Part shown: in pieces, positions 36,798-46,294 of the stretch | How positions within the stretch are numbered: position 1 is the first letter of the stretch | Layout: each line of letters opens with the position of its first letter | DNA from: Pseudophaeobacter sp. | Lineage (GTDB): Bacteria > Pseudomonadota > Alphaproteobacteria > Rhodobacterales > Rhodobacteraceae | DNA length: 55,699 nt | Assembly: GCA_034111985.1 (NCBI GenBank) | Contig: JAWUWF010000115.1 | Location: forward strand, 1 to 55,699 | Direction of reading: 5' to 3' | Notes under the pieces: generated by a model | What the model saw: only the letters and a program-made list of their open reading frames with translations | Told to the model about the DNA's origin: nothing | The model's database searches: none | Translations under genes and position numbers: made by a program

Positions 36798-37849
36798 CAG
36801 GCGGGGACAAATTCGCGAAAACTTGCCTCGGCCCGGCCCCAGACACCCGCGCTCAGGTCATCCAGCGTCAACAGCGAAGCCAGCAGCTGGGCGGCATAGT
36901 CCTGCGAGCTTTCAACCGGCAACATCGAGGGCAGGTTATCGATTGCCATCACATCCATCACGGGATCCGTCGCGACGCGCAGCGCCGGGGCGTCCCAGCT
37001 GGTGGCCTGATTGTAGATTGGCACCGGGTTGTAGTCACTGTCCGGGTCGCAGGCGACATCTCCTATGGCAGTCAGCTTGCGTTCGGCCCCCAGCGCATCT
37101 TTGGGCACAAACACAGGTGTGCCGGGGCGGGCAAAGATGCAGTTCAGAAACAGATCATGTCGCAAAATCTCGGGGAAGGGGCCACCGCTGGCTGTCTCAG
37201 CCATGTCCCATATGGTAACCGCGACGCCCATGGCCTCGCAGAGATCCGCAGCGCCAGTGCCAACGCGCCCCATGGCGCCGATCACGATTGCGGTGGGGCG
37301 CGCCGCCGCTATTGCATCCAGCTCGGCGCCCAGCTCGGTCAGCAGCGCATCCTTGCCCGGATAGACACCGACGGGCCCACAGATCTCCCCTCGCTGCTGG
37401 GCGCACCAGCTTTTGAGGGTCACCGCAGCACCGGCATAGCCAGCCCAATAGCCAAAGGCAGCAACGCGGCGACCCGCCTCATCCACCAGATACTCCAGAT
37501 CATAGAGCGTGCCGCCCCCGGCCTGAAATCGTTGCAGCAGGGCTTTGCCGGAATGCTGGCCTTTAAAGGCATGGCCGAACATGATGTGGCGGTGCGTCAG
37601 CGGTGTGCCATCCTCGGGCAGCTCTTTCAGGCCAAAAATGATGGCCTCGGAAGGCGCTGTAGGCCAGGAATTCTCAGCCGCGATGTCGCAACCGGCATCG
37701 ATATAGCCCTGCAGCGGGATCGCACGCACCGTGCTCTCCTCAACCGTGACCTTGATGCCGCCTGACAGCAGTGCCTTGGCGCCTTCGGGGGTCAGGCCCA
37801 CGCGGTCTTCATTGGGGCGCTGTTCGGCCCGTACCCAGAGATGTGTCAT
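36797..37849 (-). CDS. Saccharopine dehydrogenase (lysine-forming, LYS1 type) / lysine-ketoglutarate reductase
   Basis: LWVRAE...E.R..LTP, GLKELP, HIMFGHAFKGQ, YDLEYL, AAFGYWAG, DVACD and IDNLPSMLP. Confidence 0.92.
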   Translation of the reverse strand: MTHLWVRAEQRPNEDRVGLTPEGAKALLSGGIKVTVEESTVRAIPLQGYIDAGCDIAAENSWPTAPSEAIIFGLKELPEDGTPLTHRHIMFGHAFKGQHSGKALLQRFQAGGGTLYDLEYLVDEAGRRVAAFGYWAGYAGAAVTLKSWCAQQRGEICGPVGVYPGKDALLTELGAELDAIAAARPTAIVIGAMGRVGTGAADLCEAMGVAVTIWDMAETASGGPFPEILRHDLFLNCIFARPGTPVFVPKDALGAERKLTAIGDVACDPDSDYNPVPIYNQATSWDAPALRVATDPVMDVMAIDNLPSMLPVESSQDYAAQLLASLLTLDDLSAGVWGRAEASFREFVPA

Positions 37850-37860
37850 AGTCGCGTCCT

Positions 37861-38475
37861 TTAGAGCATTCCTTTGGCACGGACCGCGCGCACCGACGCG
37901 CGCTGTTCCATGGCCGTCATGAAGGATTGAATTTTTGGAAAGTCTGCAAGCTGTACCCCGTCGCCGTTCAGCCAGGTGCAGATAACATAGAGATAGCAAT
38001 CCGCGAGGCTGAAAGCGTCGCCCAGCACAAAGGGGCCGCGCAGCCCGTATTGGCTGATATGGGCGCAGGACGCGGCCATGGTTTCAGGAACATGTGCCTG
38101 CATGTCTTTAAAACTGGAGGTCTTGCTGGCCCAGCGGCTACCGCGCATTTTATGAGCGTGATTCACATGCATGGTCGAGGCGAGGTAGTACATCACTTCG
38201 CGCATACGGGCGCACAGCAGCGGATCACTGGGGCGCAGGTCTGCTGCGGGGGCGAGATCAGCGATATAGTCCAGAAGTGCGCCGGTTTCGGTCAGGATGC
38301 CGCCATCAACGGCCAGTGCGGGCACCCGGCCCTTGGGGTTGATCTGGGCATAGGCCGGGCTCATCTGTTCCTTGCTGGCAAAATCAATCTTGATGGGCTC
38401 ATAGTCGAGACCGGCCTCTTCCAGCGCAATCGCAACAACAATCGAGATGGTCTGGGGCGCATAGTAAAGCTGCAT
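37861..38475 (-). CDS. Glutathione S-transferase (beta-class-like)
   Basis: INPKGRVPAL, LTETGALL and FSLADCYL. Confidence 0.92.
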   Translation of the reverse strand: MQLYYAPQTISIVVAIALEEAGLDYEPIKIDFASKEQMSPAYAQINPKGRVPALAVDGGILTETGALLDYIADLAPAADLRPSDPLLCARMREVMYYLASTMHVNHAHKMRGSRWASKTSSFKDMQAHVPETMAASCAHISQYGLRGPFVLGDAFSLADCYLYVICTWLNGDGVQLADFPKIQSFMTAMEQRASVRAVRAKGML

Positions 38476-38547
38476 GTTCTGATCTCCTTGCGGTGGTCTG
38501 GTTGCTCGGTCTGGCGTGGATCCAACTAGACCTGAATTCGATTTACC

Positions 38548-39198
38548 CTAAAGATGGGTTTGGGCGTATTGGCGCGCGCTGCTGTCCAGATGCGGCACCG
38601 CATTGAACAAAACAGGGCTCAGGTGGCCACCGATGGGGAACAGGCGGTGCATTGAGGTGTTCATGATCGCCAGGGCCATGCGCGCCATTCCATTGGTGTC
38701 CAGCCCCATTGCCTGACGCATCGCCATCGAGATAAAGCCCCCCGAGGTCACCACCAATGCTGGCCCATCGCCTGCCGCTATCTCTGAGAGAACCGACTGG
38801 GTGCGGGTCTCAAAATCTTCCCAGCTTTCGGGTGGGTTTTCAATCTCGCCGGCCGACCAGGCTTTGAACACCTTTGGTAGATGTTCGATAAAACCTTCGC
38901 GTTCCTGCGGCACCGCGAGGCCGTACTGGACCTCCATCGCCTGCGCCATGGTGAAATATTCCATCTCGTTGAGGCGCGCATCCTGGGTGACCTGACTATA
39001 GCCCATACCCGCAGCGGTCTCGATATGGCGGGTCAGAGTGCCGGAATAGATCCGGGGGTGATGCACGCCGCTGGCCTCCAGATGACTTCCCAGCCAGGCC
39101 GCCTGTTGGTGGCCAAGATCGCTCAACCGGTCATAGCTGACCTCATCGCGGGCCTCAGTGTTGGCCTGCCCGTGGCGGATCAGGGTGATATGTGTCAT
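38548..39198 (-). CDS. Histidine phosphatase family protein
   Basis: LIRHGQA, LSDLG.QQA, RHIET and LVVTSGG. Confidence 0.9.
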   Translation of the reverse strand: MTHITLIRHGQANTEARDEVSYDRLSDLGHQQAAWLGSHLEASGVHHPRIYSGTLTRHIETAAGMGYSQVTQDARLNEMEYFTMAQAMEVQYGLAVPQEREGFIEHLPKVFKAWSAGEIENPPESWEDFETRTQSVLSEIAAGDGPALVVTSGGFISMAMRQAMGLDTNGMARMALAIMNTSMHRLFPIGGHLSPVLFNAVPHLDSSARQYAQTHL

Positions 39199-39490
39199 GC
39201 GGCGCATCCCATTTCTGTGTGTGAATTTCATAAGTGAGCAGCCAGCGACATGGAAGAGAGGGTTTCGCAGCGACCAGAAGTTTTCCATGCGTTGAAATGC
39301 ATTTGGCATTTGCCTCCCTGGTTGTGGGCTAATTGTTCGCTTTGTGCTATTTTGCCGCAGTTAGGGTTAAATGGCCGAGATGGGTGATAGCGCCATTGCG
39401 CAATGAGGAAAGGCATGGAACTAAATTAGTTAACGCAGAATGCGTGAGCGCTGGTGGCCCCGTGAGCCATCCAAAAACAAAGGTAAAACC

Positions 39491-40684
39491 ATGGCCCTGA
39501 ACCCCGATCGATTTCTCGAAGATCTGCATTGTTTGCGATCATTTGGAGCATCTGGCGTGGGCAAAGGGGTGGTGCGACCGGCCTTTTCTGCAGTGGATAT
39601 TGCGGCCCGTCGCTGGTTGGCGTCGCGGATGGCTGAGGCTGATCTCAATGTGCATATTGACCCCATTGGCAACTTTTTTGGCGTCAATGGACAGAAATCC
39701 CTCTTGATCGGATCGCATAGCGATAGCCAGCCCGAGGGCGGCTGGCTGGATGGGGCCCTTGGGGTTGTTGCCGGTCTGGAGATCGCCCGGGCTGCAAAAG
39801 AAACCGGTGGGCCACCAATTTCGGTGGTGAATTTTCAGGATGAAGAGGGTCGGTTTGGTATTCTGACCGGCTCGGATGTGTGGACCGGCAACATTTCGCT
39901 GGCAGAGGCAGACACGCTGACGGACAACGATGGTCTTGCTTTGGGAGCTGTGCGGGCCCGCATGTCTGGCCGGGCCAGGGATTTCCTGCCGCATGATATG
40001 TTTCATGGTTTCATTGAGATGCACATCGAACAGGGCCCCGGAATGGATGCTTCCGGTGACCAGATCGGTGTCGTGAGTGATATTGTCGGAATCCGCGAGG
40101 TGCGCATCAGAATTCTCGGACGCCAGAACCATGCCGGAACCACTCCGATGGCGCTGCGGCAGGACGCCTTTCAGGCGCTCAGTGCGTTTAATCAGCGGAT
40201 CAATGCCCGCTTTGGCGCTTTGGCGAGTTCTGCCACGGTCTGGACACTGGGCCACGCAGATATTACGCCAAATGCGTCTTCGGTGGTGCCGGGATGCGCG
40301 TTCTTTTCCCTGCAATGGCGCGACGGCGACGCGACGCGGCTGGACAAAATGGAACAGATCGTTCGTGAGGTCGCAGGTGAGATCGCACAGGACCTGCGCG
40401 TGAAGGTCGAGCTGGGTGATGTCGGGGGCATTGAACCCGCAGCGATGAGTGCACACCTGAAAACTGCGCTGAGGGATTCGGCCGAGGCACTGGCGCCCGG
40501 AAAGTGGCTGGATCTGCCCTCGGGTGCTTTGCATGATGCGGCCAATGTGGCGCGGGTGATCCCCTCAGCGATGTTGTTTGTGCCCTCGATCGGCGGCATC
40601 AGCCACGCCTTTGATGAAGACACCAAAGAGGCAGATCTGGTGAAGGGGCTGGAGGTCCTGAACCGGGCCGCGCTCTCTCTTTAG
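39491..40684 (+). CDS. Zn-dependent hydrolase, allantoate amidohydrolase / N-carbamoyl-amino-acid amidohydrolase family (M20)
   Basis: GSHSDS, DEEG, EMHIEQGP, NHAGTTPM, SGALHDA and GISH. Confidence 0.9.
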   Translation: MALNPDRFLEDLHCLRSFGASGVGKGVVRPAFSAVDIAARRWLASRMAEADLNVHIDPIGNFFGVNGQKSLLIGSHSDSQPEGGWLDGALGVVAGLEIARAAKETGGPPISVVNFQDEEGRFGILTGSDVWTGNISLAEADTLTDNDGLALGAVRARMSGRARDFLPHDMFHGFIEMHIEQGPGMDASGDQIGVVSDIVGIREVRIRILGRQNHAGTTPMALRQDAFQALSAFNQRINARFGALASSATVWTLGHADITPNASSVVPGCAFFSLQWRDGDATRLDKMEQIVREVAGEIAQDLRVKVELGDVGGIEPAAMSAHLKTALRDSAEALAPGKWLDLPSGALHDAANVARVIPSAMLFVPSIGGISHAFDEDTKEADLVKGLEVLNRAALSL

Positions 40685-40749
40685 CAAAACCGATATGCGC
40701 CAAAAATCCCCCGGCCCGCGCGTCGGATGAGGCGTGGCGTGTCGCGGGA

Positions 40750-40977
40750 TCAGTCGCGGGCGTAGCCGCGTTTCAACATGCGATTGCGGTGTTTGTCCGC
40801 CGCCAGAGAGGCCTCGCGCAGATTGTCGTAGATATTGATGGCGCATTGGCCATTGCTGCCAGCCATGCCCCATTCCCGCAGAACAGAGACCTCGGAAAAC
40901 AGGTTCAGAGCAAGCTCAATCCGGTAGAACCGGGAGCGACAGCTTTGCGCTTGGTTATAGAGCAGACAGGTGGCCAT
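40750..40977 (-). CDS. WGR domain protein
   Basis: RFYRIELALNLFSEVSVLREWG...KRGY. Confidence 0.82.
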   Translation of the reverse strand: MATCLLYNQAQSCRSRFYRIELALNLFSEVSVLREWGMAGSNGQCAINIYDNLREASLAADKHRNRMLKRGYARD

Positions 40978-41063
40978 GACGTGATTCTATACCAGAGCGA
41001 TTCGCCCCGGCAAGAGGCAGAAGACAGTATCTTTTGTTTGCACCACAGGGCTCAGTTCAGGGC

Positions 41064-41768
41064 TCAGCTCCAGCTCACATCGCCCAGAAAAATATAGCCG
41101 GCCCCGTATATGGTTTTGATCAGGCGCGGGTTTTTGGGGTCCTCACGCAATTTTGTGCGCAGGCGCGAGACCCGCACATCCATGGCGCGGTCAAAACTGT
41201 CTCCGGCACCGCCGCCCAGGCTCTCTTGCATCTGTGCCCGCGATATCAGGCGCTTTGGGCTGTCGATGAACAGGCGCAACACCTCGCCCTCGGCATGGGA
41301 GAACGGGGTCTCAGAGCCACTGTCATCTTCGAGAACATAGCGGTCAAAATGCGCGGTCCAACCGGCAAAGCTGGCGGAATTGCCGTTTTGGGGCTGGCTG
41401 CGGGGCCCTGAGCGCAGGCGGGCACGGATACGGGCGACAACTTCGGCGGGGTCAAAGGGTTTGGTGATGTAGTCATCAGCCCCCAGCTCTAACCCCGTGA
41501 CACGATCCTGCACCTGTGCGCGCCCTGAGATGATGATGACGGCTGCGCCCTGCTCCAGCGCCAGCCGGTGCACCAAGGTCAGCCCATCCACATCGGGCAG
41601 CGACAGATCCACCAGACAGACATCCGGCGTCACCCGCTTTAAAGAGGCCTCAAATTCGCGGGCGCGGGCAAAGCTCTGGGTGCGAAACCCCGCCTCTTCG
41701 AGGCAGTCAGTGAGGATCTGGCGAATTTCCGGCTCGTCGTCCAGAATGGTGACAAGAGGCGCGGTCAT
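41064..41768 (-). CDS. OmpR-family response regulator
   Basis: LDDE, VDLSLPDVDG, GADDYITKPF, DVRVSRLR and KTIYGAGY. Confidence 0.95.
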   Translation of the reverse strand: MTAPLVTILDDEPEIRQILTDCLEEAGFRTQSFARAREFEASLKRVTPDVCLVDLSLPDVDGLTLVHRLALEQGAAVIIISGRAQVQDRVTGLELGADDYITKPFDPAEVVARIRARLRSGPRSQPQNGNSASFAGWTAHFDRYVLEDDSGSETPFSHAEGEVLRLFIDSPKRLISRAQMQESLGGGAGDSFDRAMDVRVSRLRTKLREDPKNPRLIKTIYGAGYIFLGDVSWS

Positions 41769-43666
41769 GCGGGTGTCTCCGGGTTGATGAGGGCGGACAA
41801 CTGCTGAGCAGTAAAGGGTTTTTGCAGAACAGGCCCGGCCTTTAGGGCCATACGGTACTGGGGATCACTGGGCGGCAGCGAGGTCATCAGTATCATAGGC
41901 AGGCCGGATCCTTTCAGGCGTTGCGCAAGATCAATGCCGGTGGCCTCGCCCTCAAGACGCACATCCGACAATACCAGTGCGATATCGGGGATATCAACGG
42001 CCAATGCGGCGGCCTCATCGACGCTTGTGGCCTCGACGACCGAATAGCCAAGATCAATCAGCATGTCGCGGAAGGTGGCGCGCAGCTCTTCGCTGTCTTC
42101 GACCAGCAGGGCAAGACCGCCCTTGGCATCAGGTGCCAGCCGGTAGGGCAGGCGCAGCGTGACGCTGGCGCCCGAGACTGTATTGCCGACCCGCATGTCG
42201 CCGCCTGCGGATTTTGCCATGTCATAGACCATTGGCAAGCCGAGGCCGGACCCCTCGCTGCCCTTGGTGGTGAAAAACGGATTGAGCGCATTCGCCAGCG
42301 CATCTGTCGAGAAGCCAGGCCCGGTGTCGGAGACGCTGATCTCCAGCCAGATCTGTCCCACAACATGGGCGCTGACAGTAATTTGCCCGTTGACACCACA
42401 GGCATCGCGGGCATTCAGGATCAGGTTGAGCAGCGCATCCTGCAGCTTTCCTGCGTCCAGCAGCAACAACACATCCGGGGTGTTGTCCAGCACGCTTAAC
42501 CCCAATCCCTGCGGCAGGGAGGGCGTCGCGAGGATCTTTAGCTCGGACAAAAGCGCATGCATATTCGTGGCTTGCGGGCGTAGGGTGCGTTGGCTGGTCA
42601 TTTCGGCAATCCGGTTGAGCAGTCGCCCACCGCGGCGCGCTGCCGACAGGGTGCCGCGCACCATCTCGCGGCCCTGGGGGGGCAGATCCATTTTGTCCAA
42701 CTTGCTCTGCATGCCCAGGATGATGGTCAGAAGATTAGAAAAATCATGCGCCAGCCCCGAGGTCATCTGCGCCGCCATCTCGCGCCGCCGCGCCTGTTGC
42801 AGGGCAACGCGGGCCTGGGTTTCCTCGGTGACATCCATCGACAAAATATAGACGCCGCCGCTTGTGTCGGGGGTAAAGGCCACCCGGATGCGGCGGCTGT
42901 CATGGGCCTCGGTGAACTCAAACACCGGGCTGCCGCCTTTGTAGGCCGCCATCAGATGCGGCTCGATCTTGCCATAGGCCTGAGGGCCAAGGGCGTCGGA
43001 AATGTGCATCTCCAAAATGTCAGAGGGGCGGCTTGGAAAGACCGAGCTCAGCCGTCTGTTGGTATAGGTGTAGTGGCCATCGGCGTCGACATGGGCGATA
43101 TGGGCCGGCATCATCTCGGTGGTGAGACGGGTGCGGCCCTCGATCTCGGTCAGCTGCCGCTTGGCCTCTTCCAGCGCGTTGATGGTGGCGGCCAGCTTGC
43201 GGTTGGTGGCCGACAGCTCCTCTGTGTGGGAGATCAGCCGGTCCGACATTTCCTCGGAGCGTGCCCTCAGCAACTGCTCAACCCGTTTGGCGCGGCTGAT
43301 GTCGGTATAAACGGCAACCCAGCCGCCCTGTGGCAGCGGCGCGCCTTCGATCGAGATCACCTGACCATTGGCGCGGGTGCGCTCCAGGTAATGCGGCTCA
43401 AACGCCAGCGCCTGATTTACCCGGGCTGTGACAAAGTCTTCGATGTCGTCAACCGGACCGTATTCGCCGCTGGTGGCGATATGGCGGATGGTGTCTTCAA
43501 AGCGTGCGCCGGGGGTGACCAGCGCATCGGGCAGATTGAACATTTCCTGAAAGCGATTGTTGCAGACGGCCAGCCGCAGCTCGCTGTCATAGATCGATAT
43601 CGCCTGCGCAATCAGGTTGAGCCCGGCTGTTGTCATCGCCGGGTGTGTTTTGTCGGATCTGTTCAT
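41765..43666 (-). CDS. Cytoplasmic hybrid PAS-PAS histidine kinase with receiver domain
   Basis: Two PAS-like regions, coiled coil, LAHDFSNLL, NLILNARDA, FFTTK..GSGLGL and C-terminal REC; no TM segment seen. Confidence 0.93.
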   Translation of the reverse strand: MNRSDKTHPAMTTAGLNLIAQAISIYDSELRLAVCNNRFQEMFNLPDALVTPGARFEDTIRHIATSGEYGPVDDIEDFVTARVNQALAFEPHYLERTRANGQVISIEGAPLPQGGWVAVYTDISRAKRVEQLLRARSEEMSDRLISHTEELSATNRKLAATINALEEAKRQLTEIEGRTRLTTEMMPAHIAHVDADGHYTYTNRRLSSVFPSRPSDILEMHISDALGPQAYGKIEPHLMAAYKGGSPVFEFTEAHDSRRIRVAFTPDTSGGVYILSMDVTEETQARVALQQARRREMAAQMTSGLAHDFSNLLTIILGMQSKLDKMDLPPQGREMVRGTLSAARRGGRLLNRIAEMTSQRTLRPQATNMHALLSELKILATPSLPQGLGLSVLDNTPDVLLLLDAGKLQDALLNLILNARDACGVNGQITVSAHVVGQIWLEISVSDTGPGFSTDALANALNPFFTTKGSEGSGLGLPMVYDMAKSAGGDMRVGNTVSGASVTLRLPYRLAPDAKGGLALLVEDSEELRATFRDMLIDLGYSVVEATSVDEAAALAVDIPDIALVLSDVRLEGEATGIDLAQRLKGSGLPMILMTSLPPSDPQYRMALKAGPVLQKPFTAQQLSALINPETPA

Positions 43667-43824
43667 GGCTCCCCCGCGCCTGTTTTGCGGCCATCTTGCG
43701 GGCATGGCTATCACCGCAGCGCAGGATGGCAAAGAGGTGGCAACCTGGCTTTGGCAGAAACTGCGGCTAAAAACGGCGCTGTACAATTCGGGGCCAATTC
43801 TGGGTCACCGAAAACCTAGCACAA

Positions 43825-43875
43825 GGTAAACTTGGGCAAGCCTGGGTAAATGTGGTCCTGTTACAATTCGTTAGA
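43825..43875. promoter_or_regulatory. 10-bp-periodic direct repeats, candidate response-regulator sites
   Basis: GGTAAA/GGCAAG/GGTAAA at 43825, 43835 and 43845; GTTACA/GTTAGA at 43860 and 43870; just upstream of TTGACC (43899). Confidence 0.5.
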
Positions 43876-43993
43876 TTTGTGAAAACTTCACGAAAAAGTT
43901 GACCCGCTAGCATGCGGCAGTTCCTAATGGGGACCAGAATCGTGTGACAGCGATCTGCCGGCCACAGAAGGCCGGAAAGGGAGGAGAAAGACA

Positions 43994-45967
43994 TTGGCTC
44001 AGATGCAGTCAGGCGCTGTAGGGAAACTCTCCCTGCCGGCGCTGCTTGAACGCAACGTTTCGGAATTCGGTGACAAGCCGGCCTACCGGGAAAAAGAATT
44101 TGGCATTTGGCAGTGCTGGACCTGGGCGCAAGCCGCCAAAGAGATCGAGGCACTGGCGCTTGGTCTGATCAATCTTGGTGTGAATGAGGGCGATTTTATC
44201 GCCATCATCGGCGGCAACCGTCCCTATATGTACTGGTCGATGGTTGCAGCCCAGTCGGTGGGCGCCATTCCGGTGCCGCTGTACCAGGATGCCAACGCCG
44301 AAGAGATGGCCTATGTGCTGGAACATTGTGGCGCCCGTTTTGTGATTGCCGCAGATCAGGAGCAGGTCGACAAGGTGATCGAGGTGCAGGATCAGTTGCA
44401 TCAGTTCGAGCACATGATCTACCTCGACCCGCGCGGATTGCGCAAATATGACCACCGCACACTGCATGAGTATGCTCATGTTCAGGATCAGGGCCGCGCT
44501 GCCCATGACGAGTGGATCGCTGAGCTGCAAGACCGCCGCGCCAAGCTGAATTACGACAGCACCTGCGTGATGCTCTATACCTCGGGCACCACCGGTAAGC
44601 CCAAGGGCGTGGTCCTTTCGAACCGCAATATCATCGAGAGCGCCAAAAACGCCTGTGAATTCGACAAGCTGAAACAGACAGATGAGATCCTCGCCTATCT
44701 GCCGATGGCCTGGGTTGGCGATTTCATCTTCTCGATTGGTCAGGCCTACTGGTCGGGGTTCTGCGTGAACTGCCCCGAAAGCCCCGAGACCATGATGACC
44801 GATCTGCGTGAGATCGGACCCAGCTACTATTTTGCGCCTCCGCGGGTGTTCGAAACTCAGTTGACCAGTGTGATGATCCGCATGGAAGACGCGAGTAATC
44901 TCAAGCGTAAGATGTTCCATCACTTTATGGCGCATGCCAAAAAGGTCGGCCCCAGCATTCTGGACGGCAAGCCCGTTGGCATGATGGACCGGCTGAAATA
45001 CGCGCTGGGCGACAAGCTGGTCTATGGCCCGCTGAAAGACACGCTGGGCTTTGGCAATGTGCGCGTCGGCTACACCGCTGGCGAAGCCATTGGACCCGAG
45101 ATTTTTGAGTTCTACCGCTCGCTCGGTATCAACCTCAAACAGCTTTATGGCCAGACCGAGGCGACCGTTTTCATCACGGTGCAGCCGGATGGCGAAGTGC
45201 GGGCCGACACGGTTGGTGTCCCGGCGCCGGATGTGGAAATCCGCATCTCTGAAAATGGCGAAATCTTCTACCGCTCGCCGGGTACTTTTGTAGAATACTA
45301 CAAAAACCCCGAAAGCACCGCTGATACCAAAGATCCTGAAGGCTGGGTCGCAACAGGTGACGCGGGCTTCTTTGAAGAAGATTCTGGCCATCTGCGCATT
45401 ATCGACCGGGCCAAAGACGTTGGCAAAATGGCCGATGGCGGCATGTTTGCTCCCAAATTTGTCGAGAACAAACTAAAGTTCTATCCCGACATCCTTGAGG
45501 CTGTGCTGTTTGGCAATGGCAAGGACCGTTGCGTTGCCTTTATCAACATCGACCTTTCGGCGGTGGGCAACTGGGCCGAGCGCAACAATATCGCCTATGC
45601 GTCCTACCAGGAACTGACCGCGCACCCAAAGGTTCTGCAGTCAATTCAGGAACATGTCTCGGCGGTGAATAAATCTGTCGCCGAAGACAAGATCCTGTCG
45701 GGCTGTCAGGTGCACCGCTTTGTCATCCTGCACAAACAACTGGATGCCGATGATGGTGAGATGACCCGGACCGGTAAGGTGCGTCGTCGTATCGTCGAAG
45801 AAAAATTCGCTGATATCCTTACGGCGCTCTATGACGGATCGGGCGAGATTTCGACCACGACTGAAGTCACCTACGAGGATGGCCGTAAAGGCGCGATCAG
45901 TGCGACGCTTACCATCATTGATGCGGATCTCGCAGCCGGTGTGCAGCACAAGGTAGCCGCAGAATGA
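43994..45967 (+). CDS. Long-chain acyl-CoA synthetase (AMP-binding)
   Basis: TTG start after GGAGGAG; YTSGTTGKPKG, YGQTE, TGDAG and IIDRAKD. Confidence 0.93.
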   Translation: MAQMQSGAVGKLSLPALLERNVSEFGDKPAYREKEFGIWQCWTWAQAAKEIEALALGLINLGVNEGDFIAIIGGNRPYMYWSMVAAQSVGAIPVPLYQDANAEEMAYVLEHCGARFVIAADQEQVDKVIEVQDQLHQFEHMIYLDPRGLRKYDHRTLHEYAHVQDQGRAAHDEWIAELQDRRAKLNYDSTCVMLYTSGTTGKPKGVVLSNRNIIESAKNACEFDKLKQTDEILAYLPMAWVGDFIFSIGQAYWSGFCVNCPESPETMMTDLREIGPSYYFAPPRVFETQLTSVMIRMEDASNLKRKMFHHFMAHAKKVGPSILDGKPVGMMDRLKYALGDKLVYGPLKDTLGFGNVRVGYTAGEAIGPEIFEFYRSLGINLKQLYGQTEATVFITVQPDGEVRADTVGVPAPDVEIRISENGEIFYRSPGTFVEYYKNPESTADTKDPEGWVATGDAGFFEEDSGHLRIIDRAKDVGKMADGGMFAPKFVENKLKFYPDILEAVLFGNGKDRCVAFINIDLSAVGNWAERNNIAYASYQELTAHPKVLQSIQEHVSAVNKSVAEDKILSGCQVHRFVILHKQLDADDGEMTRTGKVRRRIVEEKFADILTALYDGSGEISTTTEVTYEDGRKGAISATLTIIDADLAAGVQHKVAAE

Positions 45968-46020
45968 GCAACAGGCACGCAGATTGTCGCCTCACGCCGG
46001 TCGCGTCCCTTGGTCCGGTC

Positions 46021-46206
46021 TCAGATGAGATCGGGGCAGTGCTCTGGGTGGAAGGCGGTATGCACCACCTGGCGGATCATCAGGGGCGCGCTGAACCCAC
46101 GGGTTCGCAACTTGATCGAGGCGCGGCTTTCGGAGGGGGACAGGCCTTTGCGTCTGCATTCAAAGGCCATCTTCAACAGGCAGGTATGCTCGAACTCGCT
46201 AAACAT
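46021..46206 (-). CDS. Small conserved hypothetical protein antisense to the operon
   Basis: 61 aa MFSEFEHTCLLKMAFECRRKG...HPEHCPDLI with a clear AAGGAG RBS, filling the gap between the ligase and the ATPase. Confidence 0.65.
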   Translation of the reverse strand: MFSEFEHTCLLKMAFECRRKGLSPSESRASIKLRTRGFSAPLMIRQVVHTAFHPEHCPDLI

Positions 46207-46294
46207 TGCAGGGGTCTCCTTGCTACTCAACTTTACCAAGTGTCACACAGAGGTCTTAATACTTTAATGTGGCGATATAATGGAGACGTCAGTC

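Noticed and set aside
39355-39440. TTAA-rich sites between the histidine phosphatase and amidohydrolase genes as CtrA boxes
   Set aside because: Only half sites, with no TTAA-N7-TTAA spacing.
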